Source: Synechococcus sp. | Lineage (GTDB): Bacteria > Cyanobacteriota > Cyanobacteriia > Thermostichales > PCC-7336 | Length of the DNA stretch: 64,000 nt | Assembly (NCBI GenBank): GCA_051439605.1 | Contig: JBFRWN010000077.1 | Coordinates: forward strand, 8,536 to 72,535 | Direction of reading: 5' to 3' | In this document: in pieces, positions 50,928 to 61,599 of the stretch | Layout of the letters: every line of letters begins with the position of its first letter | Position numbering within the stretch: the first letter of the stretch is position 1 | Position numbers and translations under genes: made by a program | The notes under the pieces: generated by a model | The model's input: only the letters and a program-made list of their open reading frames with translations | What the model was told of the DNA's origin: nothing | The model's database searches: none

Positions 50928-52352
50928 CTAGTCGCGTGGTCCTGGCAAAATCATATTCAAGAACAATGCACACAAGCCACCAGTTGAAATCCCCGATGAG
51001 AAAATGTTCTTCACCAGCGGTGGCATTTGGTCCAACAGGTCAGGAGCATACACAACCCCGAGCCCCAGACCTAAAGACGTTGCCAAAATAATCGACGATC
51101 GCTTCGTAAACCGAATCGCGGACAAAATCCGAATGCCAGCAGCAGCCACACTGCCAAACATCACAATCGTTGCCCCACCCAACACTGCCTGCGGCACCGC
51201 CTGAATCACCGCCCCGATCGCCGGAAATAAGCCAGCAACGATAAAGAAGCCCGCAATGAAATACCCCACGTAGCGGCTGCCCACCCCTGTTAGCTGAATG
51301 ACCCCATTGTTTTGACTAAATGTGGTGTTAGGAAACGTATTCAAGCAGGCAGCAATCAAAGAGTTAATCCCATCCCCTAGCACACCCCCCTTAATCCGGC
51401 GCATATAGACATCTCCCCGAATGGGCTCCCCCGTAATGGCAGAGGTGGCGGTTAAGTCGCCAATCGACTCGATGGTCGTCATCAGAAACAGGAATGCAAA
51501 CGGAATAAAGGCAACGGGGTTAAACCCAAACCCAAACCGAAACGGTACGGGTAAAGAAATCGCAGGCACGCTGCCGAGGGCGCTGAGGTCCACCAGCCCC
51601 ATCACAGAGGCAAACAAGTAACCTACGATCAGTCCTACAGCAATAGACACCATCCTCAAAAACGGATTGCGGCTGCTGTTCAAGACAATGATGGTCACCA
51701 AAACCAACACAGCCAACCCTAAGTTTTGCAGGCTGCCAAAGGTACCGGTCTCCTTTGCCGCAAACCCGCCACCCATCGCCGTAACACCAACGTTAATGAG
51801 GGTCAAACCAATCAGCGATACCACCGTTCCCGTCACCAGGGGGGTAATAATCTTGGCGGCAAACTGAAGAAACCGACTGAAAACAATCTCAATAAACGAG
51901 CCCACAAAGCACAGCCCGAAAATTGTCCCTAGCGCATCCTCCGGCGACGTTCCGCTGGCGATTGCGGCGCTACCCGCCGCAATAATCGGCCCAATAAACG
52001 CAAAACTTGTCCCTTGAATGCTGAGTAAGCCGGAGCCCACGGGTCCGAGCCGTCTCACCTGAATAAAAGTGGCAATCCCCGACACAAACAGCGACATGCT
52101 CACCAAGTAGGCGGTCGTTTCTGCAGCCAACCCCAGAGCTCCGCCAATAACTAAAGAAGGCGTCACAATACCGATGAAACATGCCAGCACGTGCTGCACA
52201 GCTGCAAAAACCGACTGCTGGATCGAGGGCACATCGTTCAAGCCGTAGATCAAATCTGTGGCGGAAGACACGGCAGTTGACAAAGGCTCTTCGGGGGGCG
52301 GCTCTCCAGAATCCAATATCCTTTCCATGCCCAGCTCGTCGATATTTGCCAT
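50928..52352 (-). CDS. NCS2 (NAT) xanthine/uric acid permease
   Basis: QH motif in TM1, ESIGD, NAT signature TFSQNNGVIQLTGVGSR. Confidence 0.92.
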   Translation of the reverse strand: MANIDELGMERILDSGEPPPEEPLSTAVSSATDLIYGLNDVPSIQQSVFAAVQHVLACFIGIVTPSLVIGGALGLAAETTAYLVSMSLFVSGIATFIQVRRLGPVGSGLLSIQGTSFAFIGPIIAAGSAAIASGTSPEDALGTIFGLCFVGSFIEIVFSRFLQFAAKIITPLVTGTVVSLIGLTLINVGVTAMGGGFAAKETGTFGSLQNLGLAVLVLVTIIVLNSSRNPFLRMVSIAVGLIVGYLFASVMGLVDLSALGSVPAISLPVPFRFGFGFNPVAFIPFAFLFLMTTIESIGDLTATSAITGEPIRGDVYMRRIKGGVLGDGINSLIAACLNTFPNTTFSQNNGVIQLTGVGSRYVGYFIAGFFIVAGLFPAIGAVIQAVPQAVLGGATIVMFGSVAAAGIRILSAIRFTKRSSIILATSLGLGLGVVYAPDLLDQMPPLVKNIFSSGISTGGLCALFLNMILPGPRD

Positions 52353-52511
52353 CGCTGCACCTACTTCTTCAATGGCCGTTTTAATTGGGTTGAAGCTAAC
52401 AGCAATACCCTTTGGCGAATGTTTAGAACGAACAATAGTTAGTTTGTCTCATCAGCATTAGGATGCAGGCAAGAGCAGTGGGGTTCCCCGCGAAAAAACA
52501 CGGATTGCAGC

Positions 52512-53672
52512 ATGAACCACCTGAAGGCGATCGTTATTGGAGCAGGGATGGGGGGACTCACCGCCGCCATTGCTTTAGAACAGGTGGGCTATACCATCGA
52601 GATTTACGATCGCGTCCGGGAGCTTCGTCCAGCAGGGGCCGGAATTTCCCTCTGGTCGAATGGGGTGAAGGTGCTCAACCGCTTAGGGTTGGGGGCAGAG
52701 ATTGCTTGCATCGGCGGCCCCATGAAACGCATGAGCTACATTACGAAAGCTGGTGAAGTGCTGAACGACTTTAGCCTGCAGCCGCTGGTGAATACGGTGG
52801 GGCAATGTCCCTATCCGGTGGCGCGAACAGATTTGCAGCGCATGTTGTTGGATGCCTTTGGTCGCGATCGCGTACAGCTCAATTCAAAATGTGTCGGGGT
52901 GGAGCAAACAGACGAGACCGTCACCGCAATCTTTGAGGACGGTCGGCAGGCTATAGGGGATGTACTGGTGGCAGCGGACGGGACTCACTCGTTCATCCGC
53001 AACGTAGTTGTTGGCCAAAAAATCGAGCGGCAATACGGCGGCTACCTTAACTGGAATGGTTTGGTGGAGATGAGCGATCGCCTAGCCCCCCCCTACAGCT
53101 GGGTGATTTACGTCGGGGACGGGCAGCGAGCCTCTATGATGCCGGTGGGGGGCAATCGCTTTTATTTCTTTTTTGATGTTCCGCTTGCTAAGGGAACTCT
53201 GCCACTAGGGGATGCCCGCACAGAACTCTCCCATTATTTCGAGGGGTGGGCGCAGCCGGTGCAAAACTTGATTGGGGAGCTGGATCCTGCCAAAACCAAT
53301 CGGGTGGAGATTCACTACGTAGAACCGTTATCCACCCTAGTCCGTGGACGCATTGCCCTGTTGGGGGATGCCGCACACAGCACGACACCGGATTTGGGGC
53401 AGGGGGGCTGCCAGGCGATCGAGGATGCTTGGGTGCTGACCAACCATCTAGCATCAAGCTCGTTAGGGGTAGCCGATGCCCTGCAGCGGTACCAGGCCGA
53501 CCGCAAAGAGCGCACAGCCACTATTGTGCGTAAAGCCCTAAAACGGGCGCACATGATTCATAACCATGACCCAGCCCGCACCCAACAGTGGTACACAGAA
53601 CTAGCCCGAGAGGATGGATCCAAAATTATGGATGCAATATCGGCAGTGATTCTAGAGGGTCCGCTCCATTAG
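52512..53672 (+). CDS. hpxO: FAD-dependent urate hydroxylase
   Basis: GAGMGG, ISLWSNGVK, PYPVAR, GQRASMMPV, GDAAHSTTPDLGQGGCQAIED, C-terminal GPL. Confidence 0.88.
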   Translation: MNHLKAIVIGAGMGGLTAAIALEQVGYTIEIYDRVRELRPAGAGISLWSNGVKVLNRLGLGAEIACIGGPMKRMSYITKAGEVLNDFSLQPLVNTVGQCPYPVARTDLQRMLLDAFGRDRVQLNSKCVGVEQTDETVTAIFEDGRQAIGDVLVAADGTHSFIRNVVVGQKIERQYGGYLNWNGLVEMSDRLAPPYSWVIYVGDGQRASMMPVGGNRFYFFFDVPLAKGTLPLGDARTELSHYFEGWAQPVQNLIGELDPAKTNRVEIHYVEPLSTLVRGRIALLGDAAHSTTPDLGQGGCQAIEDAWVLTNHLASSSLGVADALQRYQADRKERTATIVRKALKRAHMIHNHDPARTQQWYTELAREDGSKIMDAISAVILEGPLH

Positions 53673-53689
53673 TGGCCTGCACTAACCCG

Positions 53690-56290
53690 CTAGATTTTCA
53701 AATACTTTTGCATCGTCTGAACTGCTGATTTTGACGCCAACCACTCTTCAGCCATCGCAGCATTCATCGGGCGATCGAATAGATACCCCTGGCCAAATTC
53801 GCAGCCTAGTGCAACGATTTGATCTAGCTCACCATGCTCTTCAATTCCTTCAGCGATGACCTTTAATTTCAAGGTGTGTGCCAACGTGGTGATTGCGCGT
53901 GTAATCTCGTAACGTGCTGAGGTACTGTCTATCTGGCTAACAAAGCATCGGGGAACTTTTACGATATCCACGGGTAATTGCTGTAAGTAGGCTAGCGATG
54001 AATATCCAGTACCAAAATCATCAATACTCAATCGAATTCCTTTGCGTCTAATTGCCATCACCGTCCGCATCGTTTCTAGAGACCGCTCCATCAGGGTGCT
54101 TTCTGTAATTTCTAGATGCAGCCGATTTCCCGCTAGCTTATGTCGATCGAGCACTGAATCAAGCTTAGTCAAAAAATAAGGATCGAATAATTGCTTCCCA
54201 GACAAGTTGACGTTGACGGTCAGCCTATCCGAGTGACTGTAGCAACTCTGCCAATATTGAAGGGTTCGGCAAACTTCATTTAGCACCCACTCTCCAATCG
54301 GTTGAATGAGCTGTGAATCTTCAGCAACCTTGATGAAGTGGCCTGGAGTAATTAATCCTTTCTCAGGATGATTCCAACGGATTAAGGCTTCAAATCCTGA
54401 AAGTTGTCCGGTACGCAATGAAACAATTGGCTGATAGTATAACTCGAACTCTTGGTTGTCCAGTGCCCTTCTGAGATCGTTTTCTAGGCTCAACGTGCTT
54501 AAGGCTTTGTCGTGCATAGAGGCATCAAAAATTTCGAAGCGATCTTTCCCTGCCGCTTTGGCTGCATACATTGCCAGATCTGCATCGCGCAGAACATCTA
54601 GCGCATCGCGATGACCTTCCCCTCCTAACACAATCCCAATACTGGCAGTGGCAAAAAAAGTACGATTGTCTATTTTTAGCGGTTGCCGAAGGATTTGCTG
54701 AATACGCTCTGAAAGTACGATGGCGTCTTGCTCTGATTGGATATTTTCAAGCAGAATCGCAAACTCGTCTCCTCCAAGTCTGGCCAAAGTGCCCTTTAAA
54801 GGCATTAGAGTTTGCAAGAGCCGAGAAACTTTCACGAGGAAAAAGTCGCCAGTCATATGTCCATAACTATCGTTAATTATTTTAAATCGATCGAAGTCAA
54901 GAAAAAGAACAGCAAAGTTAGACGCGATATTTCCACGCATTGTCTCTAGGACTTCTGTTAGCCGCTTGAGAAAGAAACTGCGATTGGGCAAGTTTGTCAA
55001 ACCATCGTAACTAGCATCGTGAATTAATTGCCTTGCCATCCAGTTAAACGATGTAGATAAAATTCTCAGTTCGTGAATATTTCCCCGAGGAACTTCTCGA
55101 TTCCAATCACCTTTTGAAATATCATGACTGGCGGTGCTCAGCTGTTTAATTGGCTGCACAACCCAATGAGCAATGATTATTCCTATAGCCAATGCAACTG
55201 CTAATGCCATTAAGCTCAGTTGAGTCGTTGTCCGGGAATTGGCATTGATGCTTGCCATGAAATCACTTTCTGGCACCACCACCACAATCCGCCAATTAAG
55301 TCCCCATTCATCTCGATAGGGAGTAATTTTTGCCAGATGATGTTCTCCTTTGAACTGAAAATTAAAATGATAGGTCCCCTCGATCCTCTCAATTGCACCA
55401 AATTCTTCTTGAAGATATTCAGTTGCCCCTTTAATCAGGGTATTAGAGCTTTGGGTAGCATCCATGCGGGATAAACTGCTCTCTTCATATAAGAGGATTG
55501 GCTCAGCACTAGAAGCGGATACGAGCAAGCCATTCTCTTCCAAAATAAAGACTTCGCCGGTTTTACCAATCTCGATAGTCTGTAAAAAATCAGAAATAGT
55601 CTTTAGGGATAAGTCAACAGCGAAGACTGCTTGCAGAGACCCCGTGCTGTCGTACAGCGGCTGTACAGCAGGCAATGCAATGTTGGGGTACGGAGCAGCC
55701 CAAACGTAGATATCGCCCCAAACAGGGCCGCCAGCCTCTTGGGCATTGGTGTACCAAGGTCGCTGACTCAGGTCATAATTGGCCACCGTAGAGAGTAACT
55801 GGCTCCGAGAACCATCCATATTGGTGGAATAGGTTTCGAATAACCCTTGTGGATTGTCTGCTGTCCAATAGGCAACATTGGGGAGACCTTCGGGGACTTG
55901 CTCGGCACCGACAAAGAGGGTGTCCGATATCCCAGCATAGATGTAGCTAGTGGATGGAAATAGCTGCGTTTGCTGCCAAAAGTGGCGTTCTAACCCCTCG
56001 ATATCCTGTAAATCCAACGTTCCCAGACGAACAGTACTAACGTTGATGCGATTAATCAGATGGGGGTCATTGAGATAATGGTTTAACTGCTGCTGAACGC
56101 GGTTGGTGATCTCAGTATGTAATTGCTCAGCTAGTTCGCTAACCGCTTTTTGACCGTTGCGAAACGAGAGGTAGCCGATCGCGCACATTGCAAGAATGAG
56201 TTCTAGAATGAATGGCCCCGTGATGAGCAGTCTTAATGGAATTCCAGGAGATATATCCCTCGATCTCAATCGTGCAGACAATTTGTGCAT
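53690..56290 (-). CDS. Membrane sensor diguanylate cyclase/phosphodiesterase (dCache_1-HAMP-GGDEF-EAL)
   Basis: Two TM helices flanking a periplasmic domain with YDLSQRPWY; HAMP; RLGGDEF; FEALIRW; DDFGTGYSS. Confidence 0.9.
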   Translation of the reverse strand: MHKLSARLRSRDISPGIPLRLLITGPFILELILAMCAIGYLSFRNGQKAVSELAEQLHTEITNRVQQQLNHYLNDPHLINRINVSTVRLGTLDLQDIEGLERHFWQQTQLFPSTSYIYAGISDTLFVGAEQVPEGLPNVAYWTADNPQGLFETYSTNMDGSRSQLLSTVANYDLSQRPWYTNAQEAGGPVWGDIYVWAAPYPNIALPAVQPLYDSTGSLQAVFAVDLSLKTISDFLQTIEIGKTGEVFILEENGLLVSASSAEPILLYEESSLSRMDATQSSNTLIKGATEYLQEEFGAIERIEGTYHFNFQFKGEHHLAKITPYRDEWGLNWRIVVVVPESDFMASINANSRTTTQLSLMALAVALAIGIIIAHWVVQPIKQLSTASHDISKGDWNREVPRGNIHELRILSTSFNWMARQLIHDASYDGLTNLPNRSFFLKRLTEVLETMRGNIASNFAVLFLDFDRFKIINDSYGHMTGDFFLVKVSRLLQTLMPLKGTLARLGGDEFAILLENIQSEQDAIVLSERIQQILRQPLKIDNRTFFATASIGIVLGGEGHRDALDVLRDADLAMYAAKAAGKDRFEIFDASMHDKALSTLSLENDLRRALDNQEFELYYQPIVSLRTGQLSGFEALIRWNHPEKGLITPGHFIKVAEDSQLIQPIGEWVLNEVCRTLQYWQSCYSHSDRLTVNVNLSGKQLFDPYFLTKLDSVLDRHKLAGNRLHLEITESTLMERSLETMRTVMAIRRKGIRLSIDDFGTGYSSLAYLQQLPVDIVKVPRCFVSQIDSTSARYEITRAITTLAHTLKLKVIAEGIEEHGELDQIVALGCEFGQGYLFDRPMNAAMAEEWLASKSAVQTMQKYLKI

Positions 56291-56595
56291 TTTTACTGGA
56301 GTTATAACGAATGAATCACTGACCGAAATCCGCTCTTTTCTGATTGCATTAACAAATATAGTGACTTGACAGTAGGTAAGAGTATTTCATCGGTCTAAAA
56401 CCATACCGGAAAAAAGATCGGTGTCTGAGTTGAAATAAAATCAGCTATTTAGAACCCCTCAAGGTATAGAAATAACCAGATCGGATGAACAAATGTCGCA
56501 TTGGATAAATAATACCTCCTGTTACCGTTAGCTTGAGTCCAGTTAACTCTTTCAGGTCAAGCGTCCCGCAGAATTGATACTTCTGTAGGCACGTT

Positions 56596-56660
56596 GAGCC
56601 AAGCCCCGATCCTTACTGGACATAGATTTTTTAGTCCTGTCTGAAATGGAAATTGTTATA
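56596..56660 (-). repeat. Partial copy of the ~95-bp dispersed repeat (left part), copy G
   Basis: Reverse complement tataacaatttccatttcagacaggactaaaaaatctatgtccagtaaggatcgggg aligns with the left part of copy F. Confidence 0.6.
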
Positions 56661-56797
56661 AATGTCACGTGTGTTTACAAACAACCGAGATCTTAAGAGC
56701 TGGCTAGGTACCTTCCTCTCTGACCCTCACTTCCTTCATCACGCACTTCTTGGCAGTACTGGGTTCAATCATCGAGACTGAATAGAGCTGGGAAATT

Positions 56798-57175
56798 ATG
56801 GAGATCGGTAAACTGACTACCCACGTGCTTGACACAGCCCACGGATGTCCAGCACGTGGCATTGAAATCGAGTTGTGGCGCTTGCCATCTCCAACCGTCT
56901 CGGATTCGTCTCAAACACTGCTTTTGAAGAAAGTGATTGCCAATGCAGATGGCCGCACCGATGAGCCACTTCTGCAGGAATCCAGTTTTGTGCCAGGAAC
57001 CTACGAGCTACGGTTCTCCTTGGGTGCTTATTTTCAAAGGCGATCGACCCCACTCTCTGACCCACCCTTTTTAGATATCGTCCCCATCCGCTTCTCCATC
57101 GCCGATGCCACCAGCCACTATCACGTCCCCCTGCTATGTTCTCCTTGGTCCTACAGCACCTATCGCGGCAGCTGA
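56798..57175 (+). CDS. uraH: 5-hydroxyisourate hydrolase (transthyretin-like)
   Basis: LTTHVLD, DGR, HYHVPLL, C-terminal YRGS. Confidence 0.95.
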   Translation: MEIGKLTTHVLDTAHGCPARGIEIELWRLPSPTVSDSSQTLLLKKVIANADGRTDEPLLQESSFVPGTYELRFSLGAYFQRRSTPLSDPPFLDIVPIRFSIADATSHYHVPLLCSPWSYSTYRGS

Positions 57176-57307
57176 CTAACCACCACACCGCCTCACAATG
57201 CACCAAACGCTAGTTACTGAGAAGACACAATACACTAGTAGCAAACACAGTCGCCGCAGAAGATGACACACTTGTTGCAGCGCACAAAATTTCGAAGAGA
57301 GCGTTCG

Positions 57308-57781
57308 ATGCGAATTGGCAATGCCTACGATATTCATCGGTTGGTGGAGGGTCGCCGCCTGATATTGGGAGGGGTAGAGATCCCGCACGAGAAAGGATTG
57401 CTCGGCCATAGCGATGCTGATGTATTGACCCACGCCATTATGGACGCCCTGCTAGGAGCGTTAGCCCTTGGGGATATCGGCAAATACTTTCCCCCAGATG
57501 ACCCCGCATGGGAGGGGGCTAACAGCATTGCGTTGCTCAAACAGGTGATGGGATTAGTGGGCGATCGCGGCTGGAAAATTGCCAATATCGATTCGATGGT
57601 GGTCGCGGAACAGCCCAAACTCAAGCCCCATATTGCCACCATTCAAAAACGGCTATCTGAGGCCATGGAATTGCAGCCCGACCAAGTCAGCGTTAAAGCA
57701 ACCACCAACGAAAAGTTAGGGCCAATTGGAGAGAAAGAAGCCATTTGTTCCTATGCTGTGGCCCTGCTGATGCCTATATGA
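57308..57781 (+). CDS. ispF: 2-C-methyl-D-erythritol 2,4-cyclodiphosphate synthase
   Basis: [29 protein letters not shown]. Confidence 0.95.
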   Translation: MRIGNAYDIHRLVEGRRLILGGVEIPHEKGLLGHSDADVLTHAIMDALLGALALGDIGKYFPPDDPAWEGANSIALLKQVMGLVGDRGWKIANIDSMVVAEQPKLKPHIATIQKRLSEAMELQPDQVSVKATTNEKLGPIGEKEAICSYAVALLMPI

Positions 57782-58488
57782 CAAATTTTCAACAGTTGCC
57801 TCTGGGACTCGCAGAGGTTAGCCAGTCGCTGGTCGATGGAGACTCTGCCGATGGCCCAGTGACTGACCCATCACAGCGCAGGAATCCAACAGCACAACTG
57901 TCCCTACCCCCACTCACAGCCGGAGTGGATGAAGTGGGGCGGGGAGCCTTGTTCGGCCCCGTGGTAGCTGCTGCCGTCATCCTGAGCCCCGATCGAGAGC
58001 AATACCTGCAGGAAATCGGGGTCAAAGATAGCAAAGCCCTCTCCCACAAGCGACGGGAGGCCCTAGCGCGAACCATTCGGGAGACCGCTGTAACGTGGGG
58101 ATTGGGGTGGGCTCATGCCCGCGAGATCGATCGCATCAACATTCTGCAGGCCACGTTTGTCGCGATGCACCGTGCGTTGTCGCGGCTGGTTCCTGCTCCC
58201 GAACACTGTCTCATCGACGGAAATAAAACTATCCCTCAAGTGAACCTGCCCCAAACGGCCCTGGTTAAAGGGGACAGTAAATCTTTGGCGATCGCCAGCG
58301 CCAGTATTTTGGCCAAAGTCCACCGCGATCGCTGGATCGTTGCCCTGGCAGAGCACTACCCCGGATACGCCCTAGATTCCAACAAAGGATACGGCAGCGC
58401 CATCCACAGGCAAGCCCTGAAAGTACGTGGTCCCACCCCCGAGCATCGACTCTCCTTTGCCCCCTGCCAACCTCAGATACTGGAGTAG
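57778..58488 (+). CDS. rnhB: Ribonuclease HII
   Basis: [35 protein letters not shown] overlap with ispF. Confidence 0.93.
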   Translation: MTNFQQLPLGLAEVSQSLVDGDSADGPVTDPSQRRNPTAQLSLPPLTAGVDEVGRGALFGPVVAAAVILSPDREQYLQEIGVKDSKALSHKRREALARTIRETAVTWGLGWAHAREIDRINILQATFVAMHRALSRLVPAPEHCLIDGNKTIPQVNLPQTALVKGDSKSLAIASASILAKVHRDRWIVALAEHYPGYALDSNKGYGSAIHRQALKVRGPTPEHRLSFAPCQPQILE

Positions 58489-58498
58489 AAGCGTCAGA

Positions 58499-59209
58499 TT
58501 AGCAAGTCTTGGATTGAGCCAACTGCGCAGACTTATAACCTGACTGTGTAGCCCCACAAGAACTACCCCGCAACAGAGACTTCGACATCAGCAGCGTTAG
58601 TAAATCGGTTGGCTGAGTGGCGACGGCATCCGGCTGCACGGTCAGCAGAGCTGAGCGAGAGTTAAATCCCCACTCCACGGCAATTGCCTTCACCCCGCAG
58701 GCACGAGCAGCTGCAATATCGCGGGTTTCATCCCCCACATACACAGTCTCAGCTGCAGACAAACCATATCGTTTGAGGCAGCGTTTTAGCATGCGACGTT
58801 TGCCAAACAACGAAGCCTGCGTGCATGCCATATCGAAGCAATCTTCCAGATTGTGGTGGTGCAAAAATGCCTCGACATTGCCTTTGGCATTGGATGTTAA
58901 AATTCCGAGCCGAAACCCAGATTGCTGGAGCGAACGCAACACAGCAGGCATACCCGGCACAGGGTCGATGGTCTGCACTTCATGGTGCAGTTCCCGTCGC
59001 ATTCTTCGCAATAGACACGGTAACTTCCACCAGGCCACCTCCGCTTCATTTAACACCTCTCTCAACTGGAGTTGTTTCCACCGTTCAACCTTCTCGGTCG
59101 TCAAGATGGGCGTGCCAAACTTCGGAGCCAACCGGTTGCCAATCCGCATCACTGCGTCCATCGAGTCCGCAACAGTCCCGTCAAAATCAAACAATATGAC
59201 CGATGGCAT
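58499..59209 (-). CDS. HAD-superfamily hydrolase (phosphoglycolate phosphatase-like)
   Basis: FDFDGT, LTSN, YVGDETRD. Confidence 0.88.
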   Translation of the reverse strand: MPSVILFDFDGTVADSMDAVMRIGNRLAPKFGTPILTTEKVERWKQLQLREVLNEAEVAWWKLPCLLRRMRRELHHEVQTIDPVPGMPAVLRSLQQSGFRLGILTSNAKGNVEAFLHHHNLEDCFDMACTQASLFGKRRMLKRCLKRYGLSAAETVYVGDETRDIAAARACGVKAIAVEWGFNSRSALLTVQPDAVATQPTDLLTLLMSKSLLRGSSCGATQSGYKSAQLAQSKTC

Positions 59210-59416
59210 CTATCAACCGTACCTAGCCAACCCTTCCCAGCATAAACACTTCCATCAATGACAGGCGAGTTGGTTTCAACAACAACCGCAAACCTATAAC
59301 TGGCATAGGTTCTTACTGTCATAGTTGAGAGGAACAAATTGTCCGAAATTGACTTGCGATCGCTAGATCGAACTGCAATGAAAAAGACCGCTGAGATAAA
59401 CTCAACGGCCAATAAA

Positions 59417-59490
<74 letters not shown>

Positions 59491-60036
59491 TCGCGAACAT
59501 CAGCATAACCCCATGAGTTCCGCGATGCAAGCCTCCGTGCCAAATTCATAGAAAATTATCCCTGATAGAGCAATGATCGGGTCAGGGGGGGCATTCGCCC
59601 GTCCAACGCAATACTGGGTATGCCCTCCCAAATGTTTCCAAAGCTGTGGATCTAGGCCCTCACAAGACTGCGGATATGAATGAGCCACCAAGGGTTAAAA
59701 CCTGTAGACCCACGCTTAAGAGCCGATCGATAGTCAATTGGCAGGGAGCTGCATGAATCCATTCCCTACAGAGGTATGAACTCAAAACAGGATATGAATT
59801 CAAAGCCGCAGCTACTGTAACTGGGGGGAAGCATGTTACATGACCCGATTGAGCCTCGTTGTTCTAATCCTTGTTTTTACTGGGCCAAACATCCCTAAAA
59901 AGCTTAAAAGTTATCGCGCATATTGCTGACCGGAGAAAATGTTTGGCCAGCCTTGAGTGTGAAGCGATTTCCAATCACCTTTGCTCGCTTCACTCGCCGG
60001 ATCGCCCTAGTAACACACTGAAACTTGGATATTCCC

Positions 60037-61545
60037 ATGCAGACACTTAAACGTTCGATCTCTGCAGCAATTGCCTCATTGCTGGTGACGGTTATTTGCT
60101 TTTCCATAGCTCCCATGCAGGCAGCCAAGGCTGATGTGATCTTGCATGCCTTTGATTGGGCTTATCAGGATGTGGCTGACAACGCACCGGCAATCGCCGA
60201 TGCTGGCTATAAAGCTGTCTTAGTCACTCCACCGTTAAAGTCCCCCAAATCAGAGAGGTGTGAATGGTATTTACGCTATCAACCCCAAGATTTCCGAGTC
60301 ATTGATAATTGCGATGGCAACAAAGACAGCTTTGTTAACGCGATCGAAGCATTGAACAACGTTGGAGTGCGCACTTACGCAGATATTGTCGTCAACCACA
60401 TGGCCAACGAGCGTAATGCGGCAACGACCTTTCCAGGCAGCGATACCCTACAAGACTACGACCAAAATAATGACTATTGGAAAGACCAGATCTTGTTCGG
60501 AGATACAGATGGTAACGGAGTTTTAGACAACGGATTTTTGCCAGATGACGGTAAGAATGACGGTCTCTTCGGTCCCGGTGACTTTCATGCGGCCCGCTGT
60601 ATTCGGGACTACAACAACAAAAATTCTGTGATTTTTGATCGCATCTGTGGCCCCGATCCCGACCCAGGATTGCCCGATCTCAAAGATACTGTCCCCGGAG
60701 ACAATTGGGTTCTCGATCGGCGAAAACAATACGTACAGGCCCTCTACGATTTCGGGGTACGCGGGTTCCGAATCGATGCGGCAAAACATATGCCGAATGG
60801 CGCCATCCGATACTTTATCCCCGATGAAGTGGCTGATAACTCTCAAATATTTGCCGAAACCATTACATCAGGTGGCGCAACATCCTCAGACTACAAACTT
60901 TTTCTGGAGCCTTACCTAAGGCAGCTACCTCGTGCCTTTGGGGCCTACGACTTCCCATTGCTGAACGCCCTGAAGAAGGCCTTTGCGTTCGGTCAACCTC
61001 TATCGGACATCACTGACCCTTATTCGACCGGTAACGCTCTAGAAAACAGCCGTGCCGTTACTGTAGCGATCACCCACGATATTCCCTATAACGATGTCTT
61101 CAGAAGTCTGATTTTCGACGAACAAGCCGATGAATCCGTGGATGAAGGCCTCGCATATGCTTACATCATGGGAAGAGATGGCGGCACACCTTTAGTCTTT
61201 GATGATGGTTCGTCTGGCAAATCCAACAACGGACGCTGGGTGGGTGTTTGGAAAGACGAAACCATGAAACGCATGATTGACTTTCATAACCGCATGCAGG
61301 GTAAACCCATGGAAGTCCTCGCGGCGGACGAATGCGCGTTGTTGTGGCGCCGCGATGAAGACGGGATCGTGGGCATCAATAAATGTGGTGAAGAACGTCC
61401 CCTAACCGTTGATACGAGTTTCAAACTCAAGTGGAACCATCCCTATAAGGACATCCTGACTGGGAATTCTTTGCCAGAAATTCAAGGACCCAGCTATACG
61501 TTTAAACTCCCAGCCCGTAGCGCGAGCATGTGGTACGCAGAATAA
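60037..61545 (+). CDS. Secreted alpha-amylase (GH13)
   Basis: Signal peptide; DVILHAFDW, YQPQD, DIVVNH, GFRIDAAKH, FAE, THD catalytic regions. Confidence 0.9.
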   Translation: MQTLKRSISAAIASLLVTVICFSIAPMQAAKADVILHAFDWAYQDVADNAPAIADAGYKAVLVTPPLKSPKSERCEWYLRYQPQDFRVIDNCDGNKDSFVNAIEALNNVGVRTYADIVVNHMANERNAATTFPGSDTLQDYDQNNDYWKDQILFGDTDGNGVLDNGFLPDDGKNDGLFGPGDFHAARCIRDYNNKNSVIFDRICGPDPDPGLPDLKDTVPGDNWVLDRRKQYVQALYDFGVRGFRIDAAKHMPNGAIRYFIPDEVADNSQIFAETITSGGATSSDYKLFLEPYLRQLPRAFGAYDFPLLNALKKAFAFGQPLSDITDPYSTGNALENSRAVTVAITHDIPYNDVFRSLIFDEQADESVDEGLAYAYIMGRDGGTPLVFDDGSSGKSNNGRWVGVWKDETMKRMIDFHNRMQGKPMEVLAADECALLWRRDEDGIVGINKCGEERPLTVDTSFKLKWNHPYKDILTGNSLPEIQGPSYTFKLPARSASMWYAE

Positions 61546-61551
61546 GACCGA

Positions 61552-61599
61552 ACTCCTCGCCCGCTAGATAGATCGGGTTTTCTAGCGGGCGAGAGGAGT
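61552..61599. terminator. Strong hairpin after the amylase gene
   Basis: CTCGCCCGCTAGA (61556-61568) pairs perfectly with TCTAGCGGGCGAG (61581-61593); no U-tract. Confidence 0.5.

Noticed and set aside
56291..56600. c-di-GMP-I riboswitch upstream of the GGDEF-EAL gene
   Set aside because: Only scattered fragments (GGGACGC and CGGTCTAA on opposite strands); no coherent GNRA tetraloop/receptor architecture.
59580..59860. Cobalamin or c-di-GMP riboswitch upstream of the amylase (ACTGTAA...GGGAAG; CAAAGC..GG.TCTA)
   Set aside because: B12-box and core stems are missing and the matches are short enough to be chance; a covariance-model search would settle it.
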